A stretch of DNA of 59,633 nt, filler included, from Circinaria calcarea (lineage: Eukaryota), in NCBI GenBank assembly GCA_051942165.1. It is 9 parts of 9 records of this genome, joined end to end, with 100 filler letters (N's around TTAATTAATTAA, not from the genome) between each part and the next. Parts side by side here need not be neighbours in the genome. Positions count along the whole stretch, not along the records: positions 6,649 to 13,190 come from JAVECS010001557.1; positions 13,291 to 19,831 come from JAVECS010001558.1; positions 19,932 to 26,472 come from JAVECS010001559.1; 6 more parts are not named here. One strand, 5' to 3'. The translations under genes and the position numbers were made by a program. Positions 12,380 through 22,888 of the stretch are shown in pieces. Numbering within the stretch: position 1 is the first letter of the stretch; each line of letters begins with the position of its first letter. Under the pieces are notes generated by a model. That model ran no database searches and had not been told where the DNA came from. It saw nothing but the letters and a program-made list of their open reading frames with translations.

Positions 12380-13190
12380 CTTAAAAAAGAAAACCGTTGG
12401 CGCTAGCCCGTATAATCTGAGAACCAGCAAAGCATTTCATAGGAAAATATTGTACGTGGCTGTTCCGCTGGACGGAAAAAAGCCGCCCTGGAGAGAGGGA
12501 GAGGAAGAGAGAGTTTGCTGGAAAGGGAGGGCGGGAATTTGGAACTGCCGTTCGGGATCTTTGTGGTGATGGATGGTTCATGTGCAGCGTTCGTTCATTG
12601 GTCACGAAAATGCAGAGAGAAGTGGATCGTTCTGATAAAAAGACCCGCAAATAATGTATAGTGGTTTGGATTCGACATGTTGAAATTATAAAGTCCTTCG
12701 GACTGGAATGAGTTCTCCTACATGATCCAGTAGCGGTTTGGGTCACACATCCTGAGATCATTAAAGTCTTCGTACTGAAATTGGGTCCGCTGTCTTTGAA
12801 AAGTTTGTATATGATGTTCTTGCCCCAGAACCCGAAGATCCTGGGAAAAGGAACGGGTATCAAAAAGGACATCAATAACCAACACCTTGCATATCCTACC
12901 GTAGTATCGCCCCCCCGTATAGCACCTATTATCCATCCAAGACCTTTGAACGAATCCCAACCGAGTCCTGTCATGACGCCGATAGCAATCTCATGTATCC
13001 AATCGAAATGCGTACCCTAAAAGTCCTTCAGTCAATTTCCCAAGACTCCCCAGTTTCTCGAGCATCGTCCCCTTTCGAGCTTGGCAAAACTCCTAGTGAT
13101 ATGCCGTAATCGTCCTCATCCCACAGATCTCGAGCCTCATCCTCCGCATCACTGTACTCCCATGTACACGGTATCGACCTGCTTCCTTCT
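12380..13190 (-). pseudogene. Unidentified decayed reading frame or transposon relic
   Basis: One minus frame reads protein-like (WEYSDAEDEARDLWDEDDYG...RTRLGFVQRSWMDNRCY) with scattered TGA/TAG stops. No family recognised. Confidence 0.2.
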
Positions 13191-13290
13191 NNNNNNNNNN
13201 NNNNNNNNNNNNNNNNNNNNNNNNNNNNNNNNNNTTAATTAATTAANNNNNNNNNNNNNNNNNNNNNNNNNNNNNNNNNNNNNNNNNNNN
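13191..13290. other. Artificial contig linker
   Basis: N44-TTAATTAATTAA-N44. Confidence 0.99.
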
Positions 13291-13401
13291 AAGATCATAT
13301 CGGAACATATTGGGCGATGAACCGGAGGCCGCGGGATAATAAGAATAAAGCTTATATTTAGCTCACTCTAATAGATAAGAATAAGCCGGATTAGGGCTTA
13401 C

Positions 13402-13844
13402 TGTTATGGCGCCACGTCATATCCTAATTAACTAAGGGCCGGAACGGAGGAGCACAGGGGCCGGGTGCTTCTAGTGCTCCCAGGGCTTGGCAGCAGGAAC
13501 AACAGGAGGAGCATGTGATATGCTCTGGGTACTCCGGGTGCTTTGTTATGGCGCCACGCCATACTCAGGGTCCAGGACCAATACGGACTAGGAAGGTTCA
13601 CTCACGTGACTGAGCAGAGTGAGCAGAGTGGTGCTCCAAGTGCTCGGGATACGCAGGCTACTATATATAGCAGGCTATTTCCGCTCTTTAAAATAGTATG
13701 CTTATAGAACCATAACGAGTTCAATATACTCCTTTTATATTGAGTTTAGGGCAATAATTCAACTATACCTTATATAATCGTGCTGTCACCAATCGGGACC
13801 TATTATATTCCTCAATAGGCCCCAAGGATTGTAGCGCCCTTACA
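13402..13844 (+). mobile_element. Solo or compound LTR (family copy 1)
   Basis: Starts TGTTATGGCGCC (repeated at 13544) and ends CCCTTACA; TATA box; 3' 175 bp shared with 50165-50339; flanks CTTAC/CCCAC could be a RIP-altered 5-bp TSD. Confidence 0.8.
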
Positions 13845-14074
13845 CCCACGTAATTTAATATATTATTCCCACGCACCCTCGGTAATATATTTAAATTAAT
13901 CGGAAAATAAATAATCCGGCGCTAATAAACGTTAACCGCATTATTCGTATAAAATTTAATTTTATATATTGAAAGTAATATAGAGTTATGAAAATGTTAT
14001 AATTCGTGTTTTTTTTCTAATTAATTATTATAGCTAATCTTCTTTTTTTCTTACTTCTTCGCTAGCAGTTCTAC

Positions 14075-14576
14075 TCACTCTATATAGATATAACCTTGCG
14101 ACGTTTGCCAGACGCCTTAACGACGCCCACGCTGCCTCTGCTTCCTGCGCCCCTTTGCGCTTTGGTCGAGTTGATGCCACTAGCTCCTCTATACCTTCCA
14201 CCCTGTTTACTTGCGCTTCTGCCTCCTCCTCCGCCTGCTCAACTGCGTCCTCCTCCGCCTGTCCGACTGCGTCCTCCTTCGTCTACCCGACTGCGTCCTC
14301 CTTCGTCTGCCCGACTGGCTTCTCGCTCGCCTGCCCAACTGCCTCTTTCTCCGCCTACCTGCCTGCGTCCTCGCCCGCTTCCTCTGCCGCCTTCCTTGCC
14401 CGTATTCGCTCTGCCCGATCAGCGAGGAACTTCTTGAACTTGGGAACTGGGTCGTCTGGACGAGAAGAACGAGGAGGAAATATCGACGGGTGCGTCGGTG
14501 ATAAAAAAGGGGGGTGCGTGGCTGATACGGTAGGGTGCGTGGGAGAAGTGAATGGCAAAGTAGGGGTGCGTGGCAA
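14075..14576 (-). pseudogene. RIP-damaged ORF with 24-bp (EEDAVGQ[A/T]) repeats, probably a transposon protein relic
   Basis: Frame KFLADRAERIRARKAAEEAGEDAGR*AEKEAVGQ..TKEDAVG*TKEDAVGQ. The TAG stops sit where sister repeats have CAG; flanks are very AT-rich. Confidence 0.6.
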
Positions 14577-14700
14577 ATATTCGCCGTTATTTTATTATTT
14601 TTATTTAATACGCTAGCGTAACAAATATTCGAATTAACTCGGAACCGGTTATAGAAGAAATTTAATTATTATATATTTCCGCCGTTCTACTTGTTTTATT

Positions 14701-16311
14701 TTAAGAGATGTAGAAGGCATAGCGGCTGAACTCATTATCATCCTGCAAAAAATCCCTTTCTTCCTCGGATAAAGTCATTATAAACTCAATACCGCCATGC
14801 TGTTTGCGCGGAATCACAAAGCACGTTCGATACCTGCGATTGCACATCCCCATTATTGGGCGGAATGCTTCTGGCCTTCCGCCATTAGCAAATACATGCT
14901 CTCCGAAGAAAGCCTCGTTGAATGGTAGCACCATCGGCGATAAAATGCCAACAGATGGCGACTGCGTTGACAAGCGCGAAGCGCGTATCTGTACATGGCG
15001 GTTGTTATACTCTGGGATAGCCCGCAATAAACCATAGGCTTCCAGCAGAGCATTTTCGTGGGCTTCTCTCGTGGCGTTCTTGCGGATCATCTTGGCCACC
15101 CATGGAATGCTCGTCTCTGGAGAGATCAGAGTGCGCAACGGAAGAGTCAATATATGCTCGAAGTTCAGATTGCCGAGATAGTTGGCAGGCAGAAGATGCG
15201 AGAGATCTGGCCGTGCATCGAAGGGGATAGCAAGCGTCGCTGTTTCGCCAAAGTCTGCTTTCTGTTGTGCTCTTACAGCTGTCCAGGCTCTAAGGATGCT
15301 CCTCCAGATGAAAGCACAGAGAATATCGTTCCCGGAAACGTCGGTAACATTGTGTACAGAAGCAAGCTCTCTACGGAGTTCCGTGTACTTAGGCTGTGGC
15401 ATGTAGAAAATGCTGGGCTTCATATCAGACTCCTGGTAATTATTATGGCTTGTGCCAAGCGTAACGTTAGTTTCAGCGCTGTCTTCAAGCTGGGCTTCAT
15501 TTTCGCTTGCCCCGTCACATCCATCAATCCCGACGAGGTGCTGCGAATATGAGGCTTGGTTTTTATCGAAGAAATCAAGCAACTTGGACGGATCTCTCGC
15601 TTCAGCCAAGACAGTGTCTAAGGCAACCCGATCGACGCCTCCTGCGGGAAGTGGCAGAAGCGATTGATTTCCATTTGCCGTCTTGTCCTCGCGCTCGCGC
15701 AAGAGGCTGCTACAGTGGTCCGCCCACAATCTGATCACACTGAGCATTGCAGTCCCATCCGAAGCCGGTGGTGCAATGGACAAAACCAGGAGGCAGCCCC
15801 CGGGAACGAAATTTGCCTGGGCTGCAAATACTTCCGCTCCTGACTCGAAGTCTGGTTCGAACGGTGATGTCCAAAGCAAGGCCTCATCATCGAACACGTC
15901 CAAGGGAAAGCCAGCCTCACGCAGCTCAGCAAATGACATAGACTTTGGGAGCTCATTGAAGCGTAATGGGATTTCAGAAGTCGGAGCGGATCCTCGGCCT
16001 TGATCTATGGAATTATAGCGTATCTCTAGCTGACCGGGTCGCCACCCGGGCGAGTCTCGTGATTGTAAGTACACCCGGCCATTGAGCCACGGTGCCTGGA
16101 GGATCGTCTGGCGTAGACTTTCACAGAGGCAGGTAAATGCATATTTAGGGTCTATATCTTGCTTCAAGCCAAGATATATAATGCTCTGAGGAATGTTGCA
16201 GGGCGCGATGTGGTCCAGAGGGCCGAGCGGGAGGTACAGCTTGTCAGTTTCTGAAGCCATGGCCGGCAAATATCCAGGCCATTCGAAGGAGTCGAAGGAG
16301 TCGGCGGTCAT
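14701..16311 (-). CDS. CoA-dependent acyltransferase-fold (Tri101/BAHD-like) protein, intronless, with non-canonical active site
   Basis: LGPLD, PWLNGRV, AQANFVPGGCLL, SGNDILCAFIWR, FDARP..LP.NYLGN, GRPEAFR motifs; the HxxxDG position reads PPASDG. Confidence 0.85.
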   Translation of the reverse strand: MTADSFDSFEWPGYLPAMASETDKLYLPLGPLDHIAPCNIPQSIIYLGLKQDIDPKYAFTCLCESLRQTILQAPWLNGRVYLQSRDSPGWRPGQLEIRYNSIDQGRGSAPTSEIPLRFNELPKSMSFAELREAGFPLDVFDDEALLWTSPFEPDFESGAEVFAAQANFVPGGCLLVLSIAPPASDGTAMLSVIRLWADHCSSLLREREDKTANGNQSLLPLPAGGVDRVALDTVLAEARDPSKLLDFFDKNQASYSQHLVGIDGCDGASENEAQLEDSAETNVTLGTSHNNYQESDMKPSIFYMPQPKYTELRRELASVHNVTDVSGNDILCAFIWRSILRAWTAVRAQQKADFGETATLAIPFDARPDLSHLLPANYLGNLNFEHILTLPLRTLISPETSIPWVAKMIRKNATREAHENALLEAYGLLRAIPEYNNRHVQIRASRLSTQSPSVGILSPMVLPFNEAFFGEHVFANGGRPEAFRPIMGMCNRRYRTCFVIPRKQHGGIEFIMTLSEEERDFLQDDNEFSRYAFYIS

Positions 16312-16867
16312 CAACCGGTTATCGTAATATTTTGCTCAAGACAGCATGTGGGCTCAATGCGGCCACAACCATTTTAGGCAATGGACCTCTCCTGTGGTAT
16401 TTTCACATTCCGAAGGTCGGATGTTTCTGCATTTAAGAGATCGGCGGGAATTATTAATCGCGGGGTGGGGGACCCTTTGAAGCGCCAGGCTCCTGCAGCG
16501 CACCTTGCTCTTGCTAATCTATCCCTACAGAGATGAAATCTGACCTACTTGTTTTAGCTTCGCAAGTCCTAAGTAAATGAACAAAGAAACGAACTCATTA
16601 CGCCCAACTGCCTGATTAGGCTAATACAAAACACCCTGCCTCCGAAGACCGAGCTAGTATCTAAGGACGAAAATCTCTGAATCCTCCCTCGTCGGCGAGG
16701 TATTTGACATGGGAGTAAAACTGCTCCAGGCGTAACACTGTATATCACGCGGAATTTTATTCTGATTCTACTAGATTATTATACCTTCGCATATGCTGGT
16801 TCTAGTCACCGTGATAGTTAATGCTAAAGGCATATTTGCCGATATTCAGAGACGGCAAATCCTTTCT

Positions 16868-17798
16868 TCAGAAGTCATACAATGCTTGCAGCTGCTTTCC
16901 CTTTTCAGCCGCATCCTTTGCCATTGAGATTATGGTCAAAACTTCCGACCTCTTGAACGGTATATCATGACCTCCATCGTGCCGATACAGTTGGGTTAAC
17001 GAAGGAGTATACAGTCCCTCTGCCACACGCGACTGTTCTGCCATAGCATATACATCCTTCTCCCCCGAAACGTGCACAGTGGGGATACGGATACGCTCCT
17101 TGTATATTTGCGGATGTAACAGGCGTGGAACATTCCCTGCCCGCGCCTCAAACGAGAGGAAGTCGAGACGTGTGTTTGGCAGAATGTTTCCGACGCTTGA
17201 GTGCATCGACAAAACGACTTTCAGGTATTCGGCGAAGACGCGCTCGTCATCCGAATCTAGCAGCGAAACAAAGTCGCCATCTGGGAACTCTGTGCGGAAA
17301 TCTGAGTGGTCGTCATCAAGGATGCGGTCGACAAGGCTCTCATAACAATGGTCGTCGGCTGAGGCGATGAAAATAGGCGAAAAGAATAAGGCGAAGCAGA
17401 AAGGCGGCTTGGTGTCTGGGTTTTTGCGTTGCTGGTCAAGGATATAGCTCACGGCCACTGCAGATCCAAGGCTGAACCCCAGAACGCCGTCGAAAGGGCC
17501 TTTTTGCTTAATAAAGATGTCTATCCGATGAAGCGCCTCTCGCATTTCCTGCGGAGAAAAACCCGTGGCGTAAGACTGAAAAGGCCCAGGTTCCCAAGCT
17601 GGAACCGCTGTGAAAAGTCAGGCTCGGAGATGTGTCTGTGCATAGGTGTGAGAGCATACCGGGTCCTCTTCCACACGGTATTGCTCCGTCAAAAAATACA
17701 AATTGATAGCCTGCGCCAAAGCTCTTGATAAATGGTGCCAATTGGGCCTTCAGCATGGCGCCGGACGCGCCCAGTCCGTGCAGAGCTAGAATCTTCAT
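16868..17798 (-). CDS. FSH1/LovG-type serine hydrolase (trans-acting esterase); one intron (17608-17659)
   Basis: MKILALHGLG; GPFDGVLGFSLG nucleophile elbow; IPTVHVSGEKD; HDGGHDIP (Ser-Asp-His triad). Confidence 0.92.
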
Positions 17799-18250
17799 AA
17801 TGCCTAGTACGATACTCTATAGAAGAATGATGTTGACGATAAGAGATCCGAGAAATACAGATGATCGTGAACGACTGACGATCCTAAAATGTGGGCGCTA
17901 GGTCACCCAGCACTCTGCGAGAACCGTTGTACCTACAGAGCCGAGCAAGGAATGCATGATGCCTCTTCCATTGGGCTGCTCCGGAACTTCAGCTCGGATT
18001 TTTCCTAATCTGGCAGTCGAATTTTCCCTTCTGAATCTTACCCGCTAATTTGATTTAGTGTAACAGTAATCATCGGCTCGCTTAAAGGCCTCCTTAAAAC
18101 CGCCGTGGCTTTTGATTGCTCTTTATTAAATCCAGATCATGTTAGAGCGGCACGCTGCTGCAGATTATTTTGTGAAAAACTAATCGCTCAATTCTAAGCA
18201 TTGCAATATAATTCAGCCTCTGAAGATTGCTACGAATAACCTTCCGCATT

Positions 18251-19831
18251 ATGGGAATCTCGTATGGCATGGTAGCTGGAGTGCTTCTCTTATGCTATAT
18301 AGTATGGAGAATCTCTTCCAACTCGGGCCCACGTCTTCCCAAAGGTCTCCCGATCATTGGTGCACGCAAAGGCGACTGGTTTCCCTTTTGGCAGGCGACA
18401 CTGCGAAACTCGCTCGACGTAAAGAAGGCAGCACTGGATGGATACAAGCAATACCCTAACGAGGCGGCAATTCTACCTGTCGCCGGTCCTGGAGGAGCCA
18501 GCTTCATCGTCTTGCCTGCCTCCGAGACCCAATTCGTCACCGAGCAGCCAGACTCAGTCCTCAATCTCCGCGCCGTTATTATCAAGGGACTTCTCTACAG
18601 ATACACAGTAGCGGACCAATTCATCGTTTCTAATGCGGCACATCAACATATCATCACAACCATACTGACAAATCAAATTGGCAATATGTTGTCTGCGTTG
18701 AACAACGAGACGGCATTCTGCTTCGAGCAGATTTGGGGCACCGACACCGAGACCTTCCGCGATGTAGGTGTATGGGACACTCTGGGTCGCGTTGTGGGCG
18801 GCGTCACGAACCGTGCCTTTGTTGGGCTTCCCTATTCCCGCGATCCGGTGCTGCTCACCGCTGGCCTTAACTTCGCTCGATGTCTACCTCTGAGCGCAAG
18901 ATTCTTAAGTTTCGTATGGGAGCCTTTGCGCCCATTGGCTTCGCCACTCTTCACCTTGCCGAATCGTATCTTCGAGCGCCGCTTCACCAATATTCTACTA
19001 CCGGAGATCAATCGTCGTCTTCGGCGTCGCTTTGACCATATGAATAATAACAAGGAGAATTATGTTGCCGACAAGAATGACTTCTTGCAGTGGAGCATTG
19101 AGCAAGCTATTGCGAGCGGTGATCCGCGTATGTGGAAGCCCAGAACACTAGCAGGCCGAGTTCTTCTGCTGAACCTAGTGTCTATCCATACCTCATCCCT
19201 GACAGTTACAAATCTCGTCCTGGACCTCATCTCGTCGAAGGCTGAGACTCTCGATGAACTTCGCAATGAGATCACTAGCGTCTTAGCGGAGACGCAGGGT
19301 ATTTGGACCAAGACCGCAATGTACAAGATGGAGAAACTTGATTCTGTATTCCGTGAGAGCGCACGTCTCAACACACTGACAGCAATTGCTCTGCGGCGGG
19401 TGGTTATAGCTAAGAACGGGATAACGAGTCCTTCAGGAGTTCATATTCCCTGCGGTAATTTCTGTGCAGTACCCAGCCTCGCGGTGTTGACAGACGCTAA
19501 GAAATACTCATCGCCGGAAAGCTTTGACCCGTTCCGGTTCGTCGATCTACGACGAGAGGTCAACAGCGGCGAGAGGCTTCCGGATCACGTGGAGCGATCA
19601 CGCATGTCATTTCCCGCTACCAGCAACGATTATCTAGCATTCGGCAATGGACGGCAAGCCTGTCCTGGTCGCTTCTTCGCTACTGCTGAGCTGAAGCTTA
19701 TGTTGGCTTATGTTTTATTGCATTATAACTTTGAGATGCTGCCGAAGCGGCCGTCCGATTCTTGGGTGGGGATTTTGCGCATTCCCTCGCCCAGCGCCAA
19801 AATACGAGTAAAGCGGAGGAAGGCATCGGAA
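18251..19831 (+). CDS. Cytochrome P450 (ent-kaurene-oxidase/PaxP-like group), intronless; stop codon beyond the contig end
   Basis: TM anchor; NRAFVGLP; SIHTSS I-helix; KLDSVFRESAR; FDPFRF; FGNGRQACPGRFFA. Confidence 0.93.
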
Positions 19832-19931
19832 NNNNNNNNNNNNNNNNNNNNNNNNNNNNNNNNNNNNNNNNNNNNTTAATTAATTAANNNNNNNNNNNNN
19901 NNNNNNNNNNNNNNNNNNNNNNNNNNNNNNN
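19832..19931. other. Artificial contig linker
   Basis: N44-TTAATTAATTAA-N44. Confidence 0.99.
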
Positions 19932-19932
19932 C

Positions 19933-21496
19933 ATGGCGGCGCCTTCAGATCAACGCCGTACACGCTCAAAGTCAATGTTGAGCTTTGGCAGCGTCAGAAG
20001 TCGCAAGAGTAGTGGTGGCTCCGTCACCAAAATCGATTTGACAGAGACTGCCAAAGAGAAATCGTCCAGGAAGATGACATCCAAAGCGGATCCGACAATG
20101 GCGATGAACGAGGCTCAACCAGGTAATGGGGCCTACCAGCTCTACGGTTTTCTTTCCATACCAGTGAACACAAGCTGATATTGCAATTGAATAGCTGCCC
20201 AGGCTCTTGATCAGTCGACCCTTGAGTGCCTTCGATCAATCCAGCACCGTGATATCCATGGCAACATCATAAGTACACTCAGCCTAGCGTCTACTTCGCA
20301 TTGCAAATATGCTAACACATTACAGCTGATCCAGACCGTTCCAACCCTACACGTCCACGGTTAGAACGACCGTTAGACACGATAAGATCATTTGAGGCGG
20401 CAATAGATGGAAGCTACAGCAAACGGTTCTCAACCCGAGTTGGTTAGTACCAAGGGAACTCAAAATCCTAGAGAGAGACTGATTGAACCGTTTTAAATAG
20501 ACTCGACGGATTCGTACAATATGCAAAGCCGTCGAAGCAGCTATCTTCAAGGTAAATCATCATTTCCGGGTCCTGAGTATCATAACCTTTCACAATCCTC
20601 TTACCACTCTTTCGGAGTTCTCATAAGTCTGGGCAATCGTTCCCCTCACTTCAAACAAGATTACTGTAAATCCACATTCAGACTCATAGGCCGCGTAATG
20701 CGCTATTGTCATACAGGGTTCTTGGCGATCCTACGGTGCCAAGTTGCGTTCTTATCGTTTTTGTGGGGCTGCTTACATCATGTTGCTTACCACCATCATA
20801 GGTTACAATAACGGAAACCCTCACCATCGACTCCCTGCCGAAGGTGGTGGTGGTGGTGGATACTACCGTAACCGTGCATCATTTGTTCGGCCGGATAGTT
20901 ACATCGATAGCAACTCAAGCCCACCTGCGCTACATTACCAAGGGAATCGTTTCGGACCACGTAACCAGTCCGATCCGGCCTTGTATGGTAGCAAAGGTCA
21001 AGGCGTGTATCCTTCGCATGGATATCAGCAGTCATATGATACTGTAACCTCCGGTTCAGGGAGCCACGGCACCGGCACAGATCAGTGGGGTAACTCGACC
21101 GATCCAAGTAGTGAGAATAGCTCCATCGATAAGATAAATCAAGTGCCAAAAGGAGATTCCGGCGAAACATATGGATTCAATGGCTTCGGAGGAGCTCCGC
21201 AGTTCCAAGGACCTATACTTGAAGAACATGGTAATGACGGCCCTACCTATGGACAACCGGGTTATGCACAATCACACAGCGTACCTCGCGCTGGCCATGG
21301 TTATCAAGGTAACGGTATCCCACCAACGCCGCCGCCGCATGTCCACACTCGGGACAGTGCGCCTCGAGTTCCCATTAAGCTAGGAAGTTCTGCTGGAAGT
21401 CCAGATTACACCCCCGACATTTCTCCCGTGAAGGGGAAAGATATGGGTGAAAAGCGCAGCAGTTGGCTCAAAAGACGTTTCAGTAAGAAGTATTGA
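19933..21496 (+). CDS. DUF2406 family protein (4 introns; may be 5'-incomplete)
   Basis: Spliced frame gives ADPTMAMNEAQP..HRDIHGNIITDPDRSNPTRPRLERPLDTIRSFEAAIDG, a low-complexity C-terminus and the ending WLKRRFSK. Confidence 0.8.
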
Positions 21497-22032
21497 GAAT
21501 TACGCGCTTTCGGAGCGTTAGGAGTTCAGAAACGATCGCCCAGAAGTAGCATCACGAAAACGAAAAGGATTGTCCGGCATTCCAGGAGTCTTGTACATAA
21601 CGCTACGCATTGGAACGAAGCTTTCATGATAATAACCGGCGGGGAGGCGTGTGTGGCATATGATCTGTTGGCAGAAGGGCTTGGGTAATGGTAGTGGGTG
21701 TGGAGGAAATTGGAAGGTCTCCAGCCCACCTTGCATATTTCGTATACATCGAGCCTCAAAGACTTTCAGGTTCCTGAGATGTCTATGGGAACGCTCGCTA
21801 GCTATCCATGCAGAAGAACTGGCTACTGCAAATCTTATCGTCTTGAGAGCTTATTAGAATCTTCATATATGCATAAACGATTGCATAGGAATGCTAGCGA
21901 GCGAATCCCACCCTGTAGCCAATTATCTTCTAGTCAGCGTTTATCGCTTTGACTGCTTTATTCTAATTTGATGTGCGGAGGTGAGCAGTTGATGCACGTT
22001 AAATTGGCTTTGAAATGTTCATGGGCAATGAA

Positions 22033-22500
22033 TTACTGCCCCTTCTTGGCCTTCTCTTCTGCTGCAAGCCTCTCAGTCTGGTCTTCCCTCATAGCTACAA
22101 TAACATAAGCCACGAGCACAACATTCGCCATGATGGCTGCCGTGGCTCCGGCCAGAGTAGAACTGCCTGATCAAAAGATTAGGACGCGGGCGTTGCAACC
22201 TCTCACCACATGGGATCAGACCATACCACGAAATATCGAGTGCAGGGTGAGGTAGTATGTACCAATTGGCGCTCCCATCATGGCTGCTGTGAATCCTAAA
22301 AGTTTGTAGATGACGGCACTGTACCGGAAGACTTAGATATACGAAAGGCATCGACGACAGGGATATCGTGCTTGATTGACCACTCACGCGGGTACTGCTG
22401 GTGCAACATCCGACCTGCCTGATGCTCTCGGCGTGAGAGCACTTTGATCATCTTGTTCTAGAATGGTCTTCTCGTTCGGAACGATTCTCCTTGAAGTCAT
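22033..22500 (-). CDS. VMA21: V-ATPase assembly factor Vma21; introns 22319-22387 and 22167-22226; not in ORF track
   Basis: MTSRRIV..APAVPA|AVIYKLLGFTAAMMGAPIGTYY..AAIMANVVLVAYVIVAMRED..KKGQ*: two TM helices and a C-terminal KKxx signal. Confidence 0.92.
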
Positions 22501-22610
22501 CTTGAGGGCCGTCGCATGGGATCAGCTTGCCATGCTTTAGTGGTCGAGGAAAGGGGGGGGCCGGGATGCAGATCCTTATCGATGAAAAAAATGCGCGACG
22601 TTTTTCGCTC

Positions 22611-22616
22611 ACGCGT
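22611..22616. promoter_or_regulatory. MCB-like element (ACGCGT) in the VMA21/FUN30 divergent promoter
   Basis: ACGCGT plus a nearby CGCGA, about 280 bp upstream of the Fun30 ATG; a single hexamer is weak evidence. Confidence 0.35.
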
Positions 22617-22888
22617 TTAGAGTGGTTTGGGGTACTCCGTACGTGCTCCTCCATAACTACCTTCAACAAAGCAATTTCCCTAACCTTATTGCTTTGCGTC
22701 CCTCGGTCAGATTTCGTCGCTGACTCATGTGGAATTAACGGAATCGCCTCTCGACGCCTACATCACTCTACTTTCCTTCCGATTGGTTACATCACCTGGT
22801 AGAAAAAGGCCCTCTGCGGGCTGGGTGGAAGCTTTCGCTCTCTGCCCTCCAAAGCTTAGGAGAACTCGACCAAGGCCGACACAAGAGC

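Noticed and set aside
14096..14616. Pro-, Ser- or Leu-rich plus-strand ORFs
   Set aside because: Antisense shadows of the 24-bp repeat; the minus frame explains the pattern.
7432..19831. One five-gene cluster spanning contigs 2 and 3
   Set aside because: The two parts are separated by an artificial linker and their order reflects length sorting; linkage is untested.
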